NCBI GenBank assembly: GCA_027484965.1
Contig: JAIXRY010000015.1
Coordinates: 91,807-155,806 of the forward strand
DNA length: 64,000 nt
Origin: a bacterium
GTDB taxonomy: Bacteria > Patescibacteriota > Minisyncoccia > Phycocordibacterales > UBA9973
Reading direction: 5' to 3'
In this document: positions 41,292 to 50,319 of the stretch, piece by piece
How positions within the stretch are numbered: the first letter of the stretch is position 1
How the letters are laid out: every line of letters starts with the position of its first letter
Program-made: the position numbers and the translations under genes
Notes under the pieces: generated by a model
Told to the model about the DNA's origin: nothing
What the model saw: only the letters and a program-made list of their open reading frames with translations
Databases searched by the model: none

Positions 41292-41774
41292 ATGAATACA
41301 GTACAAAACGAGGAACTTTTTGAGATAGTCTTAGAAAGTCAGGTTATAGGAATTCTTGAAGGAGTTCAGTTTAAAGAATCAGTGAAAGAATTTATTGTAA
41401 AACACTGGGGCAAAGAATTTTTGAGTAAAAATTTTGATATCTTGTTTGATGAGGTAAGTCTAGGAAAGAAGATCGTCATTATTAAGCTTTTGAGAGATTC
41501 TAATACTTCACAGATTATTAAAAGAATAAAAAAAGAAGGTTTAATATTAGGTAATTCTCTTGCTCTCGCTTTTGCAACTCTTTCAGCAAAAGATAATCTT
41601 CCAAAAAATGTTTACATCCGCTCTCTTGATGAAGCAGAAAATCTACCACCTGCTTTTGATGGTGACAGAAAAATCCCTTCAGTGTTTATAACAGAAGAAG
41701 GAGATATTTTTGATTTTTGTTATCTGAAACAAGGATTCCTAAAAGGTAAATGTTTTATTGTGTTTTCTGACTAG
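41292..41774 (+). CDS. hypothetical protein
   Basis: ORF with upstream TTGACA (41244); no recognisable motif. Confidence 0.6.
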   Translation: MNTVQNEELFEIVLESQVIGILEGVQFKESVKEFIVKHWGKEFLSKNFDILFDEVSLGKKIVIIKLLRDSNTSQIIKRIKKEGLILGNSLALAFATLSAKDNLPKNVYIRSLDEAENLPPAFDGDRKIPSVFITEEGDIFDFCYLKQGFLKGKCFIVFSD

Positions 41775-41814
41775 CCCTCGTATGAGGGTTTTCTTTTTGG
41801 TATAATATAAACCT

Positions 41815-42852
41815 ATGTCATCAGTATCACTTTATCGCAAATATCGTCCATCTGTCTTCTCTGAAGTTCTTGGGCAAGAACACATTGTTTCCGTACTCGA
41901 GACTTCTATTAAGAATAATAAAGTAGGGCATGCATACCTCTTCTCTGGGACTCGTGGTACAGGCAAGACTTCTATTGCACGTATCTTTGCAAAAGAGCTT
42001 GGTACAGCACCTGAAGATATTATAGAGCTCGACGCTGCTTCAAATCGTCGTATTGATGATATTCGTGAAATTCGTGATGGGGTAAACACTCTTCCTTTTT
42101 CTTCAAAATACAAAGTATATATTATTGATGAAGTGCATATGCTTACAACAGAGGCATTCAATGCACTTCTGAAAACTCTCGAAGAGCCACCAGCTCATGT
42201 CATATTTATTCTCGCAACAACAGAGCTCGACAAAGTTCCAGACACAATCCTTTCACGTTGTGAATCATATCGTTTTAAAACTCCAACAACTGCAACTTTG
42301 AAAGATGTTGTATTGTCTGTATCAGAAAAAGAAGGCTATGTTGTAGACCAAAGTACTGCAGAGACTATTGCACTTCTTGGTGATGGATCATTTCGTGACA
42401 CTCTCGGAACACTACAAAAAATATTAGTTATATCAAAAGACAAGAAAATTGATCCAGAAGAAGTTACTCTTATTACAGGTGCACCAAATCAATCTCTTAT
42501 AAATGAATTTTTGGAAAGCCTTATTGATCGTGATCAAGAACGCGCACTCTCTATCGTAAAAAAAGCAGAAAACAACAAAATGAATCCAGAGCTTTTCCTT
42601 CGTCTTTCTCTTGAGAAATTTCGTACAATTCTTCTATTACGCATTGCACCTACAACAGGGAAGACTTTCGCTGGAAGTTATAGTGTGACAGACCAAGAAG
42701 TCTTGAAGAATCTTTCAGAGAAGAAGAGTTCTGTTCTTGTGTCAAAGTCGCTTGGTCTATTCTTGGATACAGATGAAAGAATTAGAAAAATTTCTCTTCC
42801 TTGGACACTCTTTGATTTATTGGTGATGGAGATATTGGAAGATAATAAATAA
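41815..42852 (+). CDS. dnaX: DNA polymerase III gamma/tau subunit (short)
   Basis: LYRKYRP, GTRGTGKT, ELDAASN, IIDEVHML, KTLEEPP, TILSRC. Confidence 0.96.
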   Translation: MSSVSLYRKYRPSVFSEVLGQEHIVSVLETSIKNNKVGHAYLFSGTRGTGKTSIARIFAKELGTAPEDIIELDAASNRRIDDIREIRDGVNTLPFSSKYKVYIIDEVHMLTTEAFNALLKTLEEPPAHVIFILATTELDKVPDTILSRCESYRFKTPTTATLKDVVLSVSEKEGYVVDQSTAETIALLGDGSFRDTLGTLQKILVISKDKKIDPEEVTLITGAPNQSLINEFLESLIDRDQERALSIVKKAENNKMNPELFLRLSLEKFRTILLLRIAPTTGKTFAGSYSVTDQEVLKNLSEKKSSVLVSKSLGLFLDTDERIRKISLPWTLFDLLVMEILEDNK

Positions 42853-42855
42853 TAT

Positions 42856-43395
42856 ATGATTGATATTAAAGATAATCCTTCACTTGTTTCTTATTCAAAT
42901 ACAGTCACAGAAATAAAACCAGAAACTTTAGAAAAGGTTAAGTATTCTAAATTTGGATTAGTTTTGGATATATTGTTAGAATCATTATGGATTTTTGCTA
43001 TTTTATTTGTTTTTACATATCTTAAAATAAACAAAGAAACCCTTGGTGGTTTCGGTGGAATAATGGTTTTATATTTTGTAATGTTTTTTGTTGTTGTTTC
43101 TGTGTTTTTTGGAGTTTTTGGTTTTTTTACATCTGAAAAGATAATAATAAAATTAAAAAATAATAACGAAAAAATACCAAAACTTTTAAAATTTCAACAT
43201 ATTTTATCTTCTTTGATTTTTTATTCAACTTTATCTTTAATGGTTTCTTTAATAGTATTATTACCCTTATCTTTTATTAAAGATATTAGAAATATTTCTG
43301 AAGTTTATGGAAGAATTATATTTGCTATACCTTTTATTTTGTCACTGTACATTTTTCTGAAGCATCATTTTAGAGAGATTTTTAAACAAAATTAA
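42856..43395 (+). CDS. hypothetical polytopic membrane protein
   Basis: About four hydrophobic helices, very AT-rich. Confidence 0.6.
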   Translation: MIDIKDNPSLVSYSNTVTEIKPETLEKVKYSKFGLVLDILLESLWIFAILFVFTYLKINKETLGGFGGIMVLYFVMFFVVVSVFFGVFGFFTSEKIIIKLKNNNEKIPKLLKFQHILSSLIFYSTLSLMVSLIVLLPLSFIKDIRNISEVYGRIIFAIPFILSLYIFLKHHFREIFKQN

Positions 43396-43424
43396 AGAGC
43401 GGTGCCGTATGGCGCCGCTCTTTA
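43393..43424. terminator. bidirectional terminator
   Basis: taaagagcggtgcc-gtat-ggcgccgctcttta. Confidence 0.75.
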
Positions 43425-43443
43425 TTTTTCTAAATCCTTTAAA

Positions 43444-43767
43444 CTATTGTTTCGGAGGAAGTGTAGTGTCTGTATTTTCTGGTGATACCACTGGTTGTTC
43501 CATTTGAATATTTTTCATCATTCCATCTTTGTTCCATTGTCCTTTTTCCATTTTTTGCATCTTCATCATTTTTCCACGCATATCATTTCCACGCATTTCG
43601 TGACGGAAACTTTTCACCATTCCAACTTGTACACCAAGCCAGAAAATAAAAAGAACGAAAATAATTTTTATAATACTTTTTCCAAAATGACAGTGCATCA
43701 TCTTAGAATTCTTCATCCATGTGCAACCTTTGCAGTCGCATGTATTTGTTTGTTCTTTTTGTTCCAT
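43444..43767 (-). CDS. small Met-rich membrane protein
   Basis: CxCxxC N-terminus, one TM, Met-rich C-terminal region. Confidence 0.6.
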   Translation of the reverse strand: MEQKEQTNTCDCKGCTWMKNSKMMHCHFGKSIIKIIFVLFIFWLGVQVGMVKSFRHEMRGNDMRGKMMKMQKMEKGQWNKDGMMKNIQMEQPVVSPENTDTTLPPKQ

Positions 43768-43881
43768 ATATATAAATTAACGTTATTAAATGGCTTTTAT
43801 GTGCCTTACTATATTATACGCTAAAGTATGGTATTTTATTTCAAATAGTTACTTTATTTTTCTATGTGTTACACTTTGTAT

Positions 43882-44898
43882 ATGAATGGTTCAAAAATAA
43901 TCGAGAAATACTTCTTCTTTTTCCTTCTCCTTGTCACGGCGTCTTTTGTGGGGATGATACTTTTCCCATTTTTTAGGGTTATTGTGATTGGAATATCTAT
44001 TTCAGTCGTTCTCTATCCTTTGTATTTATGGATAGAAAAATACACCTCAAAAAAACACAACTGGATTCCTTCGTTACTAACAACCTTAATTTTTCTTGTA
44101 GGTCTTTGTATTCCTCTCTATATACTAGGCTCAACACTATTCAATCAATTTCAAAGCTTTTATTATTCTCTTAATACAACGAGCGCTCAATCAATTCTAA
44201 CAACAGTAGGGAACTCTCTGAATAATTTTCTTCCAAATGGGATAGCTTTTGATGTTCAAAAAGAAATTAGCACTATTACTTCTTCTTTTTCAAGTAATAT
44301 ACAAGGTATATTTTCTGCAACAGCCAAGACTGTCTTAATGTTCGTAATATTTTTACTTATCATATTCTATTTCCTTAAAGAGGGAAGTTCCTGGAAGAAG
44401 AAATATATACAAATGAGTCCACTGAATGAAAAACACAATGAAAAAGTTCTAAGTACTCTATCAAATACAATCAATGGCACCATAAAAGGGTACCTGATTA
44501 TTTCAGTGGTTCAAGGATTACTTATGGGTGTAGGGCTTGCAATATTTGGTGTACCTCACGCCGTGCTTTGGGCTTTTGTGACTAGCATTGCTTCTCTTAT
44601 TCCAACTATTGGTACAGCTTTAGTATCAGTACCAATTATTCTTTATTTATTCAGTATAGGTGAAACAGGAAATGCTGTAGGGCTCGCTGTCTGGTCAGCA
44701 ACTTTCGTGGGTACAATAGACAATTTCTTGAGTCCTTATATTGTGAGCAAACAAATAAAGATTTCTCCGCTCTTTATACTCCTTTCAGTTCTTGGAGGTA
44801 TTACACTTATGGGTCCTGTTGGAATAATTATAGGACCACTTGCAATAAGTCTTTTAAATGAACTTATTATTATATATAGAGAGGATAGTATTGAGTAG
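43882..44898 (+). CDS. AI-2E family transporter
   Basis: Multiple TMs, LIPTIGTALV..P, IDNFLSP, GPVGIIIGP. Confidence 0.9.
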   Translation: MNGSKIIEKYFFFFLLLVTASFVGMILFPFFRVIVIGISISVVLYPLYLWIEKYTSKKHNWIPSLLTTLIFLVGLCIPLYILGSTLFNQFQSFYYSLNTTSAQSILTTVGNSLNNFLPNGIAFDVQKEISTITSSFSSNIQGIFSATAKTVLMFVIFLLIIFYFLKEGSSWKKKYIQMSPLNEKHNEKVLSTLSNTINGTIKGYLIISVVQGLLMGVGLAIFGVPHAVLWAFVTSIASLIPTIGTALVSVPIILYLFSIGETGNAVGLAVWSATFVGTIDNFLSPYIVSKQIKISPLFILLSVLGGITLMGPVGIIIGPLAISLLNELIIIYREDSIE

Positions 44899-44903
44899 TA
44901 ATT

Positions 44904-45524
44904 TTATAGAATTATATTCTCTATTTCCGCTAATACTTTGAATTCAGCTTCTGTTTCTGGGGTTTTGTCAAAGTGCATAGGGATAACTTGTCCTATAGAT
45001 TTGAATTGTTTTACGAAATCAATCGCTTCTTGTGGTCCGAATGTATAGTGTCCTCCGACAGGAATAAGAGCTATATCTACTTCAAGTGTGCTTACATCTA
45101 TTCCAGATGAGTAGAACATATCACCGGCAAAGTATATTTTTTCTCCATCGAATTCTATAAGAAATCCAAAGTTTTCTTTTGGCCTTACTGTTGCATTTGG
45201 TCCATGATCAACATCAAAAAATAAGACTTTGAAATCTGGTGTTTCTAATAGGTCTCCAACCTTCACTTCTTCAACATCAAAAAACACAGCTTCTTCGGCA
45301 AGTAAATCAATACATTCTTTATTCAAATATAATTTGAGAGGGGAAAGTGCTTTTATGTGTTCAGCAGAGAAGTGGTCTCCGTGAATATGTGATACTAACA
45401 TTGCGTCCACTGACAATTTCTCTAGTTTTTCTAGTGGAGTAAATCCGGCAATATCTATCGCTATTTTATAGCCACTTGTGGATTCAAGTATGAACCCAGA
45501 TTGTTCAAATTTTTGTATCTTCAT
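44904..45524 (-). CDS. MBL-fold metallo-hydrolase
   Basis: SHIHGDH, YFAGD, IPVGG.YT, IPMH. Confidence 0.9.
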   Translation of the reverse strand: MKIQKFEQSGFILESTSGYKIAIDIAGFTPLEKLEKLSVDAMLVSHIHGDHFSAEHIKALSPLKLYLNKECIDLLAEEAVFFDVEEVKVGDLLETPDFKVLFFDVDHGPNATVRPKENFGFLIEFDGEKIYFAGDMFYSSGIDVSTLEVDIALIPVGGHYTFGPQEAIDFVKQFKSIGQVIPMHFDKTPETEAEFKVLAEIENIIL

Positions 45525-45770
45525 ACTGAGATTATATCATATTGAGTTTTTTTCGAAATTCTTGTATTATAGTGGAGTTACGTTAAAAATATTGGAAATG
45601 TCTGAATTTGAGTTTTTAAAGAACAATTTATTGTTGCTTTAAAAAGCTCAAATTCACTTCGCGGATTGCCGTCTTTGGGCAACCAAGAAGCGAATGGTAG
45701 GAATAAAAAGTAATCTTCTTTACTTTTTATCTGATCCAAAGGAATTTCTTTTAATTCTTATGTTTATTGC

Positions 45771-45841
45771 TGGGGAATCGTCTAATGGTAGGACTTCGGA
45801 TTTTGGTTCCGACTATCTAGGTTCGAGTCCTAGTTCCCCAG
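45771..45841 (+). tRNA. tRNA-Gln(TTG)
   Basis: TGGGGAA/TTCCCCA acceptor, TCGGA-TTTTGGT-TCCGA, CTAGGTTCGAGTCCTAG. Confidence 0.95.
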
Positions 45842-45868
45842 CTATATACGGAAGAATTAAGAAATAGG

Positions 45869-45961
45869 GGATTTTGGTTCCGTTTATCTAGGCGCCTATT
45901 TTTAAAGAACTGAGTGATTATAAAAATAGTGCGTTTCGAAGAGGCGAGTCCTAGTTCCCCA
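45869..45961 (+). repeat. copy of tRNA-Gln 3' half with ~52-nt insert in the T-loop
   Basis: ggattttggttccg..tatctagg [insert] cgagtcctagttcccca. Confidence 0.8.
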
Positions 45962-46065
45962 ACCAATAAGAGTTAGAACAAATACGTCTAGTCGATTGAT
46001 AGATAAAAGCTTTCCACAAAATAGGTATTTATTTGTATTACGCACCGGGATATAATGTAACTTAT

Positions 46066-46442
46066 ATGAAAAAGTGTTTTATAATAGATAAATTAACGAT
46101 TACATTTGCACTCCTCTCATGGTTTGTACCTTTATTTGTCAGTTTTTTTTAGTAGATCCAGAAACAAAAGTAACCATTATTAATCCAATACTTTTTAAAG
46201 TATTGATGATTGTAATTGTTACTATCATAACTTTTTATGGTTATAGTAAAATAAATACAAAAACTGGTATAAGTATTCAGACGTCTAATACTTTTTTGGC
46301 TCTTAATTTTTTACTAGACATTGTAGTTCTAATAGTGTTGTTTAGTGTTCCTTTTATGGTATGGGCTACAACCATACTACCTGTATATATACTAGTGTTT
46401 TACGGAGTGTGCTTTATCATTAAAGGACATGGTATTCAGTAG
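46066..46442 (+). pseudogene. membrane protein gene interrupted by a frameshift in a T8 tract
   Basis: ATG 46066 (9 nt after TATAAT) reads ..SWFVPLFVSFF then TAG at 46150; one extra T joins it to the 46119-46442 frame. Confidence 0.6.
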
Positions 46443-46815
46443 TTTTAATCCACCGTTTACAAATAAAACTCTAGAGGACTTTTTTGAATTTTATACAAAA
46501 CATACTAATGACGCTAATACTCTTAGAGACTGGATTTTAGATACTTACCCAGATTTAGATATAGGTCTTTCCTATCACGTTCCTTTTTTCTATATAAACA
46601 AAAAGAAGTTATTTTACTTATACTATTTCAAAAATGAAGACGAAGAACTTGCTCTTGAAATCAGTTTTATTAAAGGTGTAAATATAAAAGATAAATATGT
46701 TTTGTTTCAAGAAAAAAACAAAGAGACTAAGTCTATAATTATTACAAATGTATCTGCGCCATTTTTGGATAAACTAAGGTATTACATAGATACTGTAATT
46801 GAACAAAATATTTAA
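46429..46815 (+). CDS. hypothetical protein, DUF1801-like
   Basis: LRDWILDTYPDL...LSYHVPFFY...ISFIKG pattern. Confidence 0.55.
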   Translation: MVFSSFNPPFTNKTLEDFFEFYTKHTNDANTLRDWILDTYPDLDIGLSYHVPFFYINKKKLFYLYYFKNEDEELALEISFIKGVNIKDKYVLFQEKNKETKSIIITNVSAPFLDKLRYYIDTVIEQNI

Positions 46816-46900
46816 TATATACTCTCAAGTACCGTCGAAAGTGAAGGCATCAACGACAGCCTTACAGAGCTTGACCAACCACGATTCTAGCTCAAGTACT

Positions 46901-47052
46901 CCAGCAATACTATATAAAAACACCCGCGATAAAGTGGGTGTTTTTATATAGTATATTGTTGCTGTGTGGACTCGAACTGTGGGTCGCAATCCTCGTCGAG
47001 AGGATGAAGGTCTCGAACTCAGCATAGTGAGAGAAGAGTCCTAGTTTCTCAG
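46901..47052 (+). repeat. degenerate tRNA-Gln-derived composite hairpin unit
   Basis: ccagcaa-hairpin-ttgctg, ggactcgaac (antisense T-arm), gagtcctagtttctcag (sense 3' end). Confidence 0.6.
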
Positions 47053-47119
47053 TATTATGTAAAAAATTATTCAAGAGTTAAAAAATAAAAAAGTCTCCAT
47101 TATTAATGGAGACTTAAAA

Positions 47120-47629
47120 TTATTGTACTTGATGTGGAACTATATTTAATAGCGTGTCAAGCGGTTGTTTTAAAAGTTTGTGCAAATCTTTGATTATTTC
47201 TTTGCAATTTTTTCCTTTAATGGAGATAGAACGTGCTTCCATTATTTCTCTATCTTTACCTGAAAATATGTCAGCAGCTATAATCTGAACTTTACCACCT
47301 TTTTTAAGTACAGCTCTCATATATCCTCCATTTAAATGTTCTCGTTTAATTGTAAAAATAAAATCTTGAAAAACTATTGTAATCTCAAGTCTCAATACAC
47401 CCCAAAGTGTTTTCCTCTTTTTCTCTGAAGTAGGGTTATGACATCCTGTTCCATGAATATTGTAATTTTCTAGCCTATTTAATTTCCCAGGTCTGTTTTC
47501 ATAAAAAATTAAAGAAGTAAGTAGTGTTGCAATAACAATATCATTTTCAGAAGGCTCTTCTTTCTCTAATAAAGATTGAAGGTTTTTAATTTGGTCAGGA
47601 CTGTCCCGATTTTTAAAATCTATTTTCAT
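47120..47629 (-). CDS. hypothetical protein
   Basis: 169-aa ORF followed by hairpin aagtctccat-tatta-atggagactt. Confidence 0.55.
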   Translation of the reverse strand: MKIDFKNRDSPDQIKNLQSLLEKEEPSENDIVIATLLTSLIFYENRPGKLNRLENYNIHGTGCHNPTSEKKRKTLWGVLRLEITIVFQDFIFTIKREHLNGGYMRAVLKKGGKVQIIAADIFSGKDREIMEARSISIKGKNCKEIIKDLHKLLKQPLDTLLNIVPHQVQ

Positions 47630-48012
47630 ATTATTTAATTTTTTAATTTACTTTATAATATAGTATTTTTTTTAATCTGTCAATATATACTATATGTATA
47701 GATTGTATAGTTTAATTTTCTTTCAACAGGTATTTCAAAATCAGAAATTTTTCCATGTTAAAATTATTAAGAACAACAAATTAATAAGTAAATGAGAAAA
47801 ATAAAATATTATAGTAAAATTTTTTTCTGAATATTTTTATTTATGTTTATTTTTAAACAAAATAAAATTATGCCTAATCCTAAAATGAGGAGGGGAAGAA
47901 AAGTAGAAAGAATTCACTCATAAAGCCGCAAGTATGCGGCTTTTATAATTACTTGCTTTTTTGTCTTAATGTGTTAAAATTGTATCGAAACCTTTAAAAA
48001 TATTTTATTATT

Positions 48013-48219
48013 ATGAAAAAGTTCTTTTTATTATTGATTGTTTTTATGTTGTTTGTTCCTGGGTCATACGCTCAGACAGGTCCAGGTGAGGATGACCTTG
48101 AAGAAACAGGAGATGATGTGCCTATATCAGGAGTTGAATTTCTTGTTCTTTCAGCTGTTGCTTTTGGATTTTATTCTGTAAACAAAAAACAAAAAGAATT
48201 GAAAAGCATTACTGCTTAA
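48013..48219 (+). CDS. small secreted protein with PID-CTERM-like sorting tail
   Basis: Signal peptide SYA-Q, acidic spacer, VPISG + TM + KKQK. Confidence 0.6.
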   Translation: MKKFFLLLIVFMLFVPGSYAQTGPGEDDLEETGDDVPISGVEFLVLSAVAFGFYSVNKKQKELKSITA

Positions 48220-48260
48220 TTACTAAAAAGCCGCGTTAGACGCGGCTTTAATTTTTCTAA

Positions 48261-48758
48261 TTAATGAACGTGTTTTTTCTTTTTCCAAAAATGATAGAAG
48301 ACACACCCTAGTATTCCACTTATCACTACCGCTTCTATTGGTTCATGTGTGTTTTCTGGAATTTCTAATCCGACAGCTTTTGAAATTATAAATATTCCAA
48401 CCAAAAGAATTCCTGTTAGAATTATTGTCTTTTTTGGGTTCTTTGTATGGGTTAAGCTCTCTTCATAAAGAAAGACTATATCCATTCCAATGTGGAGGAT
48501 TCCAAATAGATAATCTTGTAATTTGTAAGTTTCTAAATATATTCCATGAGTTATCATGTCTATTCCCATATGTATCATTAATAAGAAAAGGGCTACTCTC
48601 CCGTGATATGAGTGTGATATAAGTGCAAGAAGAAGACCTGCAATAAGTCCTATTATTACAAGCGGATTTAAAAAAGGTAACTCTATTGCGTGGAATATTA
48701 AAACACCCGCATATATTACAAGGAAAGCTTTAAAAAATTTGTGATGATGATGTTTCAT
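48261..48758 (-). CDS. His-rich polytopic membrane protein
   Basis: MKHHHHK, intramembrane HMGIDM/HIGMD repeats, HVH C-terminus; divergent from the Fur-family gene. Confidence 0.65.
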   Translation of the reverse strand: MKHHHHKFFKAFLVIYAGVLIFHAIELPFLNPLVIIGLIAGLLLALISHSYHGRVALFLLMIHMGIDMITHGIYLETYKLQDYLFGILHIGMDIVFLYEESLTHTKNPKKTIILTGILLVGIFIISKAVGLEIPENTHEPIEAVVISGILGCVFYHFWKKKKHVH

Positions 48759-48784
48759 ATTTATTTTTTTTATTCATTCTACTC

Positions 48785-48807
48785 TATTTGCAAGTGGCTT
48801 GCAAATA
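48785..48807. promoter_or_regulatory. putative Fur-family operator
   Basis: Perfect 10-3-10 palindrome TATTTGCAAG-TGG-CTTGCAAATA in the divergent intergenic region. Confidence 0.65.
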
Positions 48808-48825
48808 AGGTACCATAAAATACAT

Positions 48826-49164
48826 ATGAAGACTAACAAATGTAAACAAAATATATTGTCTGTATTGTCTCAAAATCACTTACTTAGTATTAAAGATATG
48901 CAAAAGAAGTTGGGTAATAATGATTTCTCTACCATTTTTAGGAATGTTCTAAATCTCGAAAAAGAAGGATATATAAAGAAAGTAATTATAGAAAAAGATG
49001 TTACTATGTATGAGCTTGTATCTCATAATCACAATCATTTTATCTGTAATAAATGTAAAAAAATTGAAGAAATATTTTTATCTGGTTTTTCAGGGTTCAT
49101 TTCTAAAGATTTTAATGTTCAAGATATTACAGTCAGGGGACTTTGTAATGGGTGTAATAAATAA
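48826..49164 (+). CDS. Fur-family transcriptional regulator
   Basis: STIFRN helix, HNHNHFICNKC, C-terminal GLCNGC. Confidence 0.9.
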   Translation: MKTNKCKQNILSVLSQNHLLSIKDMQKKLGNNDFSTIFRNVLNLEKEGYIKKVIIEKDVTMYELVSHNHNHFICNKCKKIEEIFLSGFSGFISKDFNVQDITVRGLCNGCNK

Positions 49165-49179
49165 TATAATCTATCTTAC

Positions 49180-50283
49180 ATGAATATTTTTAATAAAGTA
49201 ATTGGTTTATTTTTTCTTTTGATTTTTATTCCTCAAATATCTTTTGCTTTAGAAAAAAATGAAATTCAAAGAGCTAGAGTTTTAGAGATTGTAAATGAAC
49301 AAAAAACAACAGTATTTGGAAGTAATAGTGATTTTACTGAACAAGAATTAAATATAGAGATAATTTCTGGTTCTGAAAAGGGGAAAAAAGTTATTATCTA
49401 CAATGATTATATAAATCTCAAAAAGGGAGATAAGATATTTATTGATAGACATATAGATACAGGAGAAACATTTTATAAAATTTTAGAAAAAGATCGAAGA
49501 TTAAACCTCTTTTTGTTTGTTGTATTTTTTATTGCAATGATACTTTTTTTTGGAAAAAAACAAGGATTAAGATCTCTCTTGTCTTTATTTGGAAGTATTT
49601 TATTGATAGCTTATATTTTATTACCTCTTATATTAAAAGGTTATAATCCTCTTTTTGTTAGTATCGGTATCTCGTCTCTAATTTTATTTTTTGCTATATA
49701 TTTTACCCATGGTTTTAAAAAGACTTCGACAATAGCATTTTTAGGAACTTTAATCGCTGTCTGTTTTACTAGTATTCTTTCTTATATTGCGAGTATTACT
49801 TTGGGATTTTCAGGTTTTGGAAGTGAAGAAGCTACTTTTCTAAGTCTAAAAGCTGATTCGTATATTGATTTTTCAGGACTTCTTTTAGGTGGGATTATAA
49901 TTGGAGTTCTCGGTGTTTTAGATGATATTGCTATTACTCAAGTCGCAATAGTTCGTGAGTTGTATAGTGTTGGTAATATATCAAAAAAAGAAATATACAA
50001 GAAAGCAATTTCTGTTGGTCAGGAGCATGTTGGTGCTTTAGTAAATACTTTAGCACTTGCATATACTGGAGCATCTCTACCTCTATTACTACTTTTGTCT
50101 ATGTCTGACGCTCCTTTGTCAGTTATTATTAGTCAAGAAAAATTTTCTGTAGAGATTATAAGGACTATTGTTGGTAGTGTTGGACTTGTGTTGACCGTAC
50201 CTATAACTACATTTTTAGCTGTTTATTTTGTAAAAAAAGAAGACAAATTGGAGAGCGTATGTAATCACAAGCACTTTCATTAA
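49180..50283 (+). CDS. YibE/F family membrane protein
   Basis: GIIIGVLGVLDDIAITQ, GALVNTLALAYTGASLP, EIIRTIVGSVG. Confidence 0.9.
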   Translation: MNIFNKVIGLFFLLIFIPQISFALEKNEIQRARVLEIVNEQKTTVFGSNSDFTEQELNIEIISGSEKGKKVIIYNDYINLKKGDKIFIDRHIDTGETFYKILEKDRRLNLFLFVVFFIAMILFFGKKQGLRSLLSLFGSILLIAYILLPLILKGYNPLFVSIGISSLILFFAIYFTHGFKKTSTIAFLGTLIAVCFTSILSYIASITLGFSGFGSEEATFLSLKADSYIDFSGLLLGGIIIGVLGVLDDIAITQVAIVRELYSVGNISKKEIYKKAISVGQEHVGALVNTLALAYTGASLPLLLLLSMSDAPLSVIISQEKFSVEIIRTIVGSVGLVLTVPITTFLAVYFVKKEDKLESVCNHKHFH

Positions 50284-50319
50284 TTTATATTTAATTAAAT
50301 ATTGTTCTATAATAGAATT

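Noticed and set aside
46825-47025. 66-aa minus-strand ORF
   Set aside because: Spans the hairpin/tRNA-derived unit; composition is atypical for coding sequence here
47640-47945. AT-rich gap as replication origin, or 17-aa peptide MPNPKMRRGRKVERIHS
   Set aside because: No DnaA-box cluster seen; the peptide is too short to support beyond a downstream hairpin
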